From an uncultured Bacteroidota bacterium (GTDB lineage: Bacteria > Bacteroidota > Bacteroidia > Chitinophagales > Saprospiraceae), in assembly GCA_937870795.1 (NCBI GenBank), contig CALMWS010000074.1, positions 7,159 through 71,158 of the forward strand: a stretch of DNA of 64,000 nt, given 5' to 3'. Numbering within the stretch: the stretch's first letter is position 1; every line of letters starts with the position of its first letter. Shown here in pieces: positions 37,853 to 46,273 of the stretch. The translations under genes were made by a program, and so were the position numbers. The notes beneath the pieces were generated by a model. It worked only from the letters and a program-made list of their open reading frames with translations, was not told where the DNA came from and made no database searches.

Positions 37853-39550
37853 TTACCATGGCTTTTTTGGCTTCTTAGCCTTACCTTCTGTACGCCTTAA
37901 TTGCTCTTGGACCTTTTTTTCTTCCCTTTCCAGAAAATCCAGCATGGCTTTTTCCTCTGTCCAATTGCCATTTTCCTGATCTTTTTTCTGGGGATCTTGT
38001 TTTTTTTCTGATGAATTTCCCTTCTCCTTCTTTTCCTCTTGCTGCGACTTGCCCTGATCTTTTTTTTCCTCTTTTTTTTCTTCTTTGCCCTTTTCCTCTT
38101 TCTTGTCTTCATCAGCTTTTTGATCTTCTGATTTAGACTTTTGTTGTTGTTGTTGTTGTTGTTTGGCTTTTGCAAGATTGATTGCTGTAGCCTCTGATCC
38201 CGGCTGTATTCTCAATGCTGCTTTATAGTGGTCTATGGCTTGATCCATCTGCCCCAGCTTAAAATAGGAATTGCCCAGGTTGTGGTGTAGTTTATATTGC
38301 TGTTCTTTATTTTTTAATGCTCCCTGGGCGGATTGATAACTTTTAATTGCGGCTTCTGTATCTCCCATCTTGTATTGGCTGTTACCTCGATTGTAGCGGG
38401 CTGTGGCATTGTCTGTTTCTTCCAGACCTTGGCGGTACTTTTCTTCGGCTTCTTTGTACGCACCTTTTTTATAATACTGATTTCCTTCTCCGAACTTTGG
38501 ATTATTTTGTCCTATAGACAAAGTTGTGGTCAATGAAAACAAGCATATCCACAGTTTTTTATTCCGTGCAGATGGTAATGAAAGACCAGAAAAGGGAAAA
38601 GCCAAAAACAGTACAAACATCAAAGCAATCAGCAAGGGTATGTAGGCATAAGATTTAGGCCTTTTTATCTTTTTTATACTGTCTTTACCAACCGCCTTTT
38701 GCTCCGTTTCTTTTGTCAACTGGTTGATCCATTCTGAATCTGTAATATTGTAATATGCCCCATTGCCGGCAGCTGCCATTTCTTTAAGCAAAGCTTCATT
38801 CAATCTCGTATGCACTACATTTCCCTCATCATCGGTCATCAAGCCTTCGGCCTCCATGATAGTGCCACCGTTTTTGGTGCCAACTCCAATTAAATATACC
38901 GTTATGCCCTGATCAGCCAGTTTTTGAATGCTGCCACTGACTCCTTCTTCCTGGTCCTCTCCATCTGTAAAAATGACAAGTTCTGCAACTCCCTTGCCCA
39001 GTCGTTTGTTGGCAGTTAAAACCGTTTCTGCTACTCCTGAGATATCTGTTCCCTGCACGCCGGCCTGATCTGTGTTGCAGGCTTCTATGAGGGTAATGGC
39101 GGCCCGGTAATCTGTGGTCAAAGGCATGGCAAGATAGCTGGTACCTGCAAAAAACAAAACGCCAATTCTATTTCCTTTGATGGCTTCAACAAATGCACTT
39201 GCTTTCTTTTTTACAACTTCCAGACGAGAAGGAGGTGTGTCGGTGGCATCCATGCTTTTGCTAATGTCTATGGCGATATACACATCTCTCGCTTTTTGTG
39301 TGGCAGTTTCTTCCTGCAATCCTAATCGTGGGTTTGCCAACGCAACGATGATAAATACAAATGCCCCCATTGCAAATAAAAGCGAAAGATTATTGTTTTT
39401 ATGTTCTTCTGCCAATTGTTCATTGCCTAAAGTGCTTTGCCACACGCCAAGCTTTTTTGCCAACTGTTGCTGCTGTTTCTTTGCCATCCGGTAAATAATT
39501 GGTGATAGCAAAAGCGCCCAAAAAAGGTGGATATGTTCAAAATCAATCAT
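37853..39550 (-). CDS. BatB (vWA) - BatC (TPR) fusion protein with a polyQ and Lys/Glu-rich tail
   Basis: The start MIDFEHIHLFWALLL overlaps the batA stop in ATGA. It carries the vWA MIDAS motif IAIDISKSM and an internal BatC-like signal/TM (NKKLWICLFSLTTTLSIGQ). TPR repeats follow, then Q7 and about 100 aa of K/E-rich low complexity. Confidence 0.85.
   Translation of the reverse strand: MIDFEHIHLFWALLLSPIIYRMAKKQQQQLAKKLGVWQSTLGNEQLAEEHKNNNLSLLFAMGAFVFIIVALANPRLGLQEETATQKARDVYIAIDISKSMDATDTPPSRLEVVKKKASAFVEAIKGNRIGVLFFAGTSYLAMPLTTDYRAAITLIEACNTDQAGVQGTDISGVAETVLTANKRLGKGVAELVIFTDGEDQEEGVSGSIQKLADQGITVYLIGVGTKNGGTIMEAEGLMTDDEGNVVHTRLNEALLKEMAAAGNGAYYNITDSEWINQLTKETEQKAVGKDSIKKIKRPKSYAYIPLLIALMFVLFLAFPFSGLSLPSARNKKLWICLFSLTTTLSIGQNNPKFGEGNQYYKKGAYKEAEEKYRQGLEETDNATARYNRGNSQYKMGDTEAAIKSYQSAQGALKNKEQQYKLHHNLGNSYFKLGQMDQAIDHYKAALRIQPGSEATAINLAKAKQQQQQQQKSKSEDQKADEDKKEEKGKEEKKEEKKDQGKSQQEEKKEKGNSSEKKQDPQKKDQENGNWTEEKAMLDFLEREEKKVQEQLRRTEGKAKKPKKPW
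38141..38161 (-). repeat. (CAA)7 trinucleotide microsatellite encoding Q7 inside the BatB-BatC gene
   Basis: The plus strand reads ttg x7 exactly. It sits within a roughly 270-nt polypyrimidine-rich tract (37900-38165). Confidence 0.95.
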
Positions 39551-40545
39551 GGCCATCTTTTTAACACCCAATACTTAAGTATAAAAGCTGATAGCAGTAA
39601 AAACAAAGCCATCCATGATGGATATGCGTACAAATCTTTGTATTTTTTGGTAACTTCTGCATCAAAGCTGCTCTTTTCCAAATAATCGATTTGTTTATAA
39701 ACCTGATCCAACTCTTCAATTGTTTTGGCTCTGAAATACATGCCTCCGGTTTGCTCTGCGATAAATCTCAATTGCTCTTCATCAAGATCCGATTGTCGGT
39801 AACCAAACACGAGCTCCCCGTTCATGTCTTTCTGCACAGGTGCAAGGGCGAAGCCAGTATCACCCATGCCAATACAATAAACCTTGATTCCGGTTTTTTT
39901 AGCCAATGCTGCTGCATCTGAAGGCGTTATGGCTCCGGTATTGTTGGCTCCATCTGTAAGCAAAATGATGATTTTGGAACTTGCTTTGCTATCCTTCAAT
40001 CGGTTAACTGCCGTACCCAAACCCATGCCTACAGCTGTCCCATCCCCCAGCATGCCAGCTCCCAATTGACTTATCATTTCTTGCAGCACTTCGTGGTCTA
40101 TGGTCAATGGGCACTGCGTAAAACTCGCACCTCCAAAAACCACCAGACCAATGCGGTCTGTTACCCTTCGCTTTACAAAGGCAGAAGCCAGGTTTTTGCA
40201 TACTTCCATTCGATTAGGAGTAAAGTCCTGGGTCAACATACTGTTTGACACATCTATCGACAAAACAATATCTATGCCCTTACCTTCTTCCACACTCTTT
40301 GAAAGCAATTTTCTTGGACCGGCTGCTGCTACCACCAATGAAAGCGATGCTCCAAACAAAAATATCTCAGGCATCCAAGCTATTCGGGTCCTCCAGCTAA
40401 TTTTTGTTTTTTTGGATGGAATAGAGGATACCGCTATTGACGGTTGAATGCTTGTGACCCTCTTTTTCCAAATCAAAGCAATCACACATGGCACCACCGC
40501 CAACAAAAGCATTATAGGTCGCTCCATTACTTCCATCCAGGCCAT
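39547..40545 (-). CDS. batA: BatA (vWA domain, membrane-anchored)
   Basis: 332 aa with N-terminal TM helices, the MIDAS motif LSIDVSNSM, and a C-terminal TM (WMALFLLLSAFILKYWVL). Confidence 0.88.
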   Translation of the reverse strand: MAWMEVMERPIMLLLAVVPCVIALIWKKRVTSIQPSIAVSSIPSKKTKISWRTRIAWMPEIFLFGASLSLVVAAAGPRKLLSKSVEEGKGIDIVLSIDVSNSMLTQDFTPNRMEVCKNLASAFVKRRVTDRIGLVVFGGASFTQCPLTIDHEVLQEMISQLGAGMLGDGTAVGMGLGTAVNRLKDSKASSKIIILLTDGANNTGAITPSDAAALAKKTGIKVYCIGMGDTGFALAPVQKDMNGELVFGYRQSDLDEEQLRFIAEQTGGMYFRAKTIEELDQVYKQIDYLEKSSFDAEVTKKYKDLYAYPSWMALFLLLSAFILKYWVLKRWP

Positions 40546-40549
40546 AGTG

Positions 40550-41422
40550 TCATTTTGTAAATGCGATTTCCATTTGTTTTACCTCTTCACACAATTGATC
40601 AATTATAGACCATTCAGGAAGTGCTTTGGCAAATTTGATCCGATCTGTATAAGCCAAAACTTTAGAAATGGTGGCCCTGGCCTCACTACTAAGGTCGCAC
40701 TTTTCCAGCCTTTGAATCAACTCTTCGCTAGTCATCTCAGTGGCGGCGATTTGGTATCGTGACGCACAAAATAAACGCATGGTTAGCGATAGTTCATCGG
40801 TTGCCCACTGCATCATGTCTGAATGTCCGCTTTGTTTTTGAATAGCCTCCAGACGTTCCGTAATAGTAAGCGCTGTGATTGGCATGTCATTTTCCAGGGC
40901 TGTTTTATTTTTTCTTTTTAAAATTTTATGATAAATAAAGTAGCCAATCAAAAATAGCAGCAGCAACATACCCAACCAAATCAACCAACCGATATAATCC
41001 TTTACAACCGGAATTTCTTCTATGTCCCTGATGTCTTCAATATCTCCTTCTTTCATTGGAGGTGCTTTAATAAAAATGCTGGCAACTTCTTTTTTTCCAT
41101 TGGTAAGTTCAAATGAGCCTCCTTCAAAAAATCGGAAATAAACTTTCCCACTATTTCGGCTCTCTATCCACAAAGTATCTCCTTCATCTTCGTTTTGACC
41201 TTTTACCCATTCCATGTCAACTTTGGTAGTTATACCATCATTGTCTGCATTCATTTCCACCCGCTTCCACCAATAGTGGCTTGATGTATCCATAGAAACA
41301 TCGGGAATCCAGCTTAGCTGCACTTTTTCACCTATTAAGGCACTATCTTTTGTTAACTCAAATGTTTGAGCATTTACCCATGATCCTGCAAGCACCATTC
41401 CTATTAAGATAACAATTCTCAT
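40550..41422 (-). CDS. Bat-operon membrane protein (DUF4381-like C-terminal half) with an extra exported N-terminal domain
   Basis: 290 aa with a signal peptide, a roughly 130-aa beta-rich domain, one TM (IGWLIWLGMLLLLFLIGYFIY) and a helical C-terminal region. It holds the slot between DUF58 and BatA that DUF4381 proteins fill in Bacteroides Bat operons. Confidence 0.6.
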   Translation of the reverse strand: MRIVILIGMVLAGSWVNAQTFELTKDSALIGEKVQLSWIPDVSMDTSSHYWWKRVEMNADNDGITTKVDMEWVKGQNEDEGDTLWIESRNSGKVYFRFFEGGSFELTNGKKEVASIFIKAPPMKEGDIEDIRDIEEIPVVKDYIGWLIWLGMLLLLFLIGYFIYHKILKRKNKTALENDMPITALTITERLEAIQKQSGHSDMMQWATDELSLTMRLFCASRYQIAATEMTSEELIQRLEKCDLSSEARATISKVLAYTDRIKFAKALPEWSIIDQLCEEVKQMEIAFTK

Positions 41423-42285
41423 CTCTTCCTAAAATATTGGAGGAGTGCTGGTAAATAGTCATTCCCATTTTGAAGTGTCAACCCTTTGATTCCGGCAGCT
41501 TTCACAGCTTGTTCAAAATACAATTCGAAATTTTGGAAGTATTGGTGCCATTCTGTAGTCTCTGTGATAGCCTCAGTATCAAACCAAATCCATTTGTTTT
41601 GTTCTGCATCAAAGCATCGGATCAATCCTGTCTCTGGACACTTTTTCTCTATCCCATCCCATATTCGTATCGGAATGATGTCGTGTTTTTTTGATGCCAA
41701 CACCAGAGGAATTTCATAGTGGTCCTGAATGAAGTCTGATATTATAAAACAAACGGTTCGTTTGTTTTGTATAGATGTCAGGTTGCGCAATGCCATTTCA
41801 ATGCCGTTGCCACCTTTGCCTGCTGTGCTGGCCACCATCTCTCTGATGATGCGTAACATTTGTTTTTTTCCTTTCGCAGGAGGAATATAAAGATCTACTT
41901 TGTCACTGAAAAAAATGGCTCCCAATCTGTTTTGTTGTCTAATGGCATTATAAGCCAACAATGCTGCGATTTCTGCAATGTAGTTGACACGTGCCACGGT
42001 AGATCCAAAAAAACCTGAAGCACTGGTGTCTATCATCAGCACTACAGTTATTTCTTTTTCTTCTTCATATAGTTTTACATGGGGTACATGGGTTCGTGCA
42101 GTCACATTCCAGTCAATGTCCCTCACATCATCACCAGCCTGATATTCTCTGGTTTCACTAAAGGTCATGCCCCTTCCCCTGAATGCAGCATGGTAGGCTC
42201 CTGCCATCACCTCACGGCTTTTGCCCTTTGCCAGAATTTCAATCTTCCTGACCTTCTTCAACAATTCGGCTGTGCTCATTACCAT
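41419..42285 (-). CDS. DUF58 protein (MoxR-associated, vWA-like)
   Basis: 288 aa with the signature REYQAGDDVRDIDWNVTAR. It overlaps both neighbouring genes. Confidence 0.9.
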   Translation of the reverse strand: MVMSTAELLKKVRKIEILAKGKSREVMAGAYHAAFRGRGMTFSETREYQAGDDVRDIDWNVTARTHVPHVKLYEEEKEITVVLMIDTSASGFFGSTVARVNYIAEIAALLAYNAIRQQNRLGAIFFSDKVDLYIPPAKGKKQMLRIIREMVASTAGKGGNGIEMALRNLTSIQNKRTVCFIISDFIQDHYEIPLVLASKKHDIIPIRIWDGIEKKCPETGLIRCFDAEQNKWIWFDTEAITETTEWHQYFQNFELYFEQAVKAAGIKGLTLQNGNDYLPALLQYFRKR

Positions 42286-43565
42286 ATGGGTACCGCGTTT
42301 TTTTTGAGGTAGGGCTTTAATTTGTCTTTTGCCACTATGACTTTATCTTGCCCATAAATGGTGCTGAAGGGTGTCCTGCATACCAAGCCTTCCCAACTTA
42401 TAGAAACAAGACGGTATTCTTTGGCCTGAAACCTGGCAAATTCATCTCCATCACCCCGCTCATTCTTTAAACCGGCTACCATCTGTTCTATTAAAACCGC
42501 AACATCATTACCAGGAAGAAAGATTTCTGCAATGGCAATTTCTTTCTCTCTATCAAAATTGTAGGCAAATGGCAGCTCAGTTGCCTCCGCATATTTTGAA
42601 GATTGAAGAATAAATATGCCGCTGATCATCTTATCATTGAAAAAATCAAGGTGCACATTGCCATATTCTTCATGACTTACCCTGTCTGAAACACTATAAT
42701 TGTTTTGCTGTTTGTGGATGGATTTTCCTGAGCTTCCATATTTTTCGGCCCAATTTGCCAATATCCAGGTATTGAACTTTTCACTCGACGAGATGGGATA
42801 TACCATGCTAAATTTGTCGTCAAAATCCATATAACTGGCACAATCAAAATACAAACTTTTTGTTGATTTTAAATTGTAGAGGGTTTCCCTTTGATCCACA
42901 ATGTTAACCATAATTTTTTTTTCAAGATCAATGTGCCAGTGCGACTCTTCATCTATGTCAGCATTGTTTTGATTCAATTGGTAGCATTGGTCGTCAAGGC
43001 ACTCCATTTGCAAGAGCATCTGAGTTGAAGGGTAAAACAACTGTACATTTATTTCTTCTTCATATTTCCACACAGAAATTTTTTTAATGGAGTCTTGCCC
43101 CTTCACTGCAAAATGGTGTGCCCAACCCAGGTTGCCACAAGGATTAACCGTCTGACTTTCTGTCGTTAAAAAAACAGGTACCGCTGCTATATTTTTTGGA
43201 TCAGACCATTCTGCGTAAAATGCTTCATCATTCATGTCACCTTTAAAAATTCCCGTTGTCCTGCCAAGGCTGTCACTTTCTACCAATACGATTTGCTCAC
43301 CATCGTAATTCCCATCGAGGTAAAACTTTTCACCACTGCTTAGGTATTCATATGCTCCTTTAAAGGCATTGTTGTCAGTAGCCAATACCATTCTAATGGC
43401 ATGGTTTTGGTCAAAGTACCCTTTAAAATCCTTCAACCACCAAACACTCCTGGCCTCGGGTTTGCCAAAATGTTCCATGGCCATGTTCATCAATGCATCA
43501 CCCTGACCATGACTTTTTAGCACAATGAAAACGAAGGTAAAAGTGAAAATAACCTTTTGTTTCAT
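42279..43565 (-). CDS. Hypothetical exported protein inserted between moxR and the DUF58 gene
   Basis: 428 aa with signal peptide MKQKVIFTFTFVFIVLKSHGQ. I recognise no family. It overlaps moxR by 4 nt (ATGA) and DUF58 by 7 nt. Confidence 0.75.
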   Translation of the reverse strand: MKQKVIFTFTFVFIVLKSHGQGDALMNMAMEHFGKPEARSVWWLKDFKGYFDQNHAIRMVLATDNNAFKGAYEYLSSGEKFYLDGNYDGEQIVLVESDSLGRTTGIFKGDMNDEAFYAEWSDPKNIAAVPVFLTTESQTVNPCGNLGWAHHFAVKGQDSIKKISVWKYEEEINVQLFYPSTQMLLQMECLDDQCYQLNQNNADIDEESHWHIDLEKKIMVNIVDQRETLYNLKSTKSLYFDCASYMDFDDKFSMVYPISSSEKFNTWILANWAEKYGSSGKSIHKQQNNYSVSDRVSHEEYGNVHLDFFNDKMISGIFILQSSKYAEATELPFAYNFDREKEIAIAEIFLPGNDVAVLIEQMVAGLKNERGDGDEFARFQAKEYRLVSISWEGLVCRTPFSTIYGQDKVIVAKDKLKPYLKKNAVPIW

Positions 43566-44563
43566 GGTACCTGAATGTGGTTGATAATCGATGATATTAT
43601 GTCTTTTTGGACAATGTTTTCAGCTTCTGCTTCATAGGTCAGCCCTATTCGGTGTCGCAACACGTCGTGGCAAACGGCACGCACGTCTTCCGGTATTACA
43701 TAGCCCCTCCGCGCCATAAAGGCCCTTGCTTTTGCCGCCAATGCCAAATTGATGGAAGCGCGCGGACTGGCTCCATAGGCTATCAAAGGCACCAGTTCTT
43801 TTAATCCTGCTTTACCCGGAAACCTGCTGGCAAATACCAAATCCAAAATATAATTCTCAATTCGCTGATCCATGTAAATGCTGGCTACCGTTTTTCTGGC
43901 TTTGTGAATGGTCTCCAAACTAACTACCTCTTTGGCTATGGGCATACCTTCGCCCGCCAGATTCTTGCGCATAATGTCTCTTTCTTCCTCACGACCAGGG
44001 TAATCGACCTGCAATTTAAGCATAAATCGATCCAACTGGGCCTCCGGTAGGGTATAGGTGCCTTCTTGTTCTATAGGGTTTTGTGTGGCCAGTACCAAAA
44101 AGGGTTCTTCCAGTTTAAAACTTTCATTGCCTATGGTCACTTGTCGTTCCTGCATGGCTTCCAACAAGGCGCTCTGTACTTTGGCAGGTGCCCTGTTGAT
44201 TTCATCTGCCAACACGAAATTGGCGAAAACAGGTCCCTTTCTCACGGTGAAGGTGTGTTGCTGTGCATGATACACCATGGTGCCTACTACATCTGATGGC
44301 AACAAATCAGGCGTAAACTGGATGCGGCTAAAACTTCCCCGCATGGTACTCGCCAATGTTTTTATGGCCAATGTCTTTGCCAACCCTGGTAAGCCTTCGA
44401 GCAAAATATGTCCCTTGGTCAGTAAACCTGTTAGCAAGCCTTCTACCATGGCCTCCTGGCCCACAATGACCTTGTTGATTTCTTGCTTTAAATCATCTAA
44501 AAAAGCGCTGTCAATGTAAACCTGCTGGTGTATGGCTTCTATTTCTGTGTGATTGAGCTGCAT
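43562..44563 (-). CDS. moxR: MoxR-family AAA+ ATPase
   Basis: 333 aa with Walker A GLPGLAKT and Walker B LADEINRAPAKVQSALLEAMQE. The MoxR-specific C-terminal region contains ASPRASI. Confidence 0.93.
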   Translation of the reverse strand: MQLNHTEIEAIHQQVYIDSAFLDDLKQEINKVIVGQEAMVEGLLTGLLTKGHILLEGLPGLAKTLAIKTLASTMRGSFSRIQFTPDLLPSDVVGTMVYHAQQHTFTVRKGPVFANFVLADEINRAPAKVQSALLEAMQERQVTIGNESFKLEEPFLVLATQNPIEQEGTYTLPEAQLDRFMLKLQVDYPGREEERDIMRKNLAGEGMPIAKEVVSLETIHKARKTVASIYMDQRIENYILDLVFASRFPGKAGLKELVPLIAYGASPRASINLALAAKARAFMARRGYVIPEDVRAVCHDVLRHRIGLTYEAEAENIVQKDIISSIINHIQVP

Positions 44564-44872
44564 TTTTGACTTTTTCTTGTTTCAGAATTTTTCTTCGTGA
44601 TTGATTCTGTGTCCTTTATGTCCAATTCTGCTTTGAATCGGTCTTTTCAACCAGGACAAGATAAGGATTTTGCAATTATAACGAAACTCAACAATTTCTT
44701 GTTTTTTAAGGCTATATGTTTAGAATTTTTTAACACGTGCCCATGCCAAGACCCTTTGCACTAACTTTATGCTTTATCAAGTATGCTTCAATCTCAATTC
44801 TTTTTGAATAACAGAGGTCAGGATGATCGTGTCTCTTTAGTTTCTGTATCCAAATTATTATAACTTCGTGGC

Positions 44873-46270
44873 ATGCTCTTTAACTCATTTGTTTTCCTGC
44901 TGTTTTTCCTCCTGTTTTTTGTCGTTTATTGGTCGATCCCATCTTCCCGACTCAAATGGCAAAATCTGGTATTGTGGCAGGCTTCCTATGTGTTTTATGG
45001 ATGGTGGGACTGGCACTACCTCACGTTGATCGCTTCAGCTTCACTCGTTTCTTTTGGCGGAGCTTTGGTCATGGAACATAAGCCGCAACACAAAAAAGCC
45101 ATTTTGGGACTCGTTGTTTTTTTTCACATTGCGATGTTGGCTTATTTCAAATACGCAGGCTTTTTCATCGAATCGTTAACCTATGCATTGCAACATTTGG
45201 GAATCAGCATAGATGTATTAACCCTACAAATTGCCCTGCCCATTGGCATCAGTTTTTTTACTTTTCAATCTATGTCTTATGCCATCGATGTTTACCAACA
45301 AAAAATGAAAGCCAGCCACAACCTGGTAGAATACCTTGCTTTTATTTCTTTTTTTCCGCAATTGGTGGCAGGCCCTATCGAAAGGGCATCTCACCTCCTG
45401 CCCCAAATTGAAAAAAGCAGGCATTTTGATCTCCACAACGCATCACTGGGCTTGCAACTTATTCTTTGGGGCTTAATAAAAAAAATGTTAATTGCCGATG
45501 CCTGTGCGCCTGTTGTACAAGAAGTTTTTTCAAATGTGTCCACCGCCTCATGGCTCGATCTTTGGTGGGGCGCTTTTCTTTTTGCCATTCAAATCTACGG
45601 TGATTTTTCTGCTTATAGTGAAATGGCCATGGGACTCGCCTTGTTATTGGGGTTTAAACTAATGCAGAACTTTCATTATCCTTATTTTGCTACCAATATC
45701 AAATCTTTCTGGAAAAAATGGCACATCTCTCTCACCACCTGGTTTAAAGATTATGTTTTTCTTCCCATGGGCGGCAACAGAGTGAGTCGCCCGCACCTTG
45801 CTTTCAATGTGGCTGTGGTATTTGCACTCAGCGGACTCTGGCATGGTGCCAATTTCACCTTTTTAATTTGGGGACTTTATCATGCTGCATTATATCTGGG
45901 CTTCGTTTTCTGGTTTGAAAATTCAAAATTCCGCCTGCCATCAGCAATCGCAGCGCTGCTCACTTTTTTAGCTGTCCTTCCGGGTTGGGTCTTTTTTAGG
46001 TCACCATCTGTTATTTCTGCTTTTTCTTATATCAAAGGAATGTTTGACTTTAGGGGCGGTCTTGCTGTTCATGCCTGGGATGCCAAAGTATTTTCGCTTG
46101 TTATGATCCTTGTTTTGATGGAAGGGTGGCACAGACACCATAAATTTGGCCTCGATTTGGGAGCAAAAGTACCCAAATGGTGGAGATGGAGTCTTTATCT
46201 GGCCTTTATGACCCTGTGGCTTGCCTATGGTCATTTTGAAGAAGTTTCGTTCATCTATTTTGATTTTTAG
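44873..46270 (+). CDS. MBOAT family O-acyltransferase (AlgI/DltB-like)
   Basis: 465 aa and polytopic. The conserved MBOAT histidine region reads FWKKWHISLTTWFKDYVFLPMGGNR...LWHGA. Confidence 0.9.
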   Translation: MLFNSFVFLLFFLLFFVVYWSIPSSRLKWQNLVLWQASYVFYGWWDWHYLTLIASASLVSFGGALVMEHKPQHKKAILGLVVFFHIAMLAYFKYAGFFIESLTYALQHLGISIDVLTLQIALPIGISFFTFQSMSYAIDVYQQKMKASHNLVEYLAFISFFPQLVAGPIERASHLLPQIEKSRHFDLHNASLGLQLILWGLIKKMLIADACAPVVQEVFSNVSTASWLDLWWGAFLFAIQIYGDFSAYSEMAMGLALLLGFKLMQNFHYPYFATNIKSFWKKWHISLTTWFKDYVFLPMGGNRVSRPHLAFNVAVVFALSGLWHGANFTFLIWGLYHAALYLGFVFWFENSKFRLPSAIAALLTFLAVLPGWVFFRSPSVISAFSYIKGMFDFRGGLAVHAWDAKVFSLVMILVLMEGWHRHHKFGLDLGAKVPKWWRWSLYLAFMTLWLAYGHFEEVSFIYFDF

Positions 46271-46273
46271 GCA

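Noticed and set aside
37897-38175. A 92-aa Lys/Arg/Asn-rich ORF (MQKPNNNNNNNK...).
   Set aside because: It is an alternative frame of the purine-rich low-complexity tail of the BatB-BatC gene, on the same strand. It is an artefact of the repeat composition.
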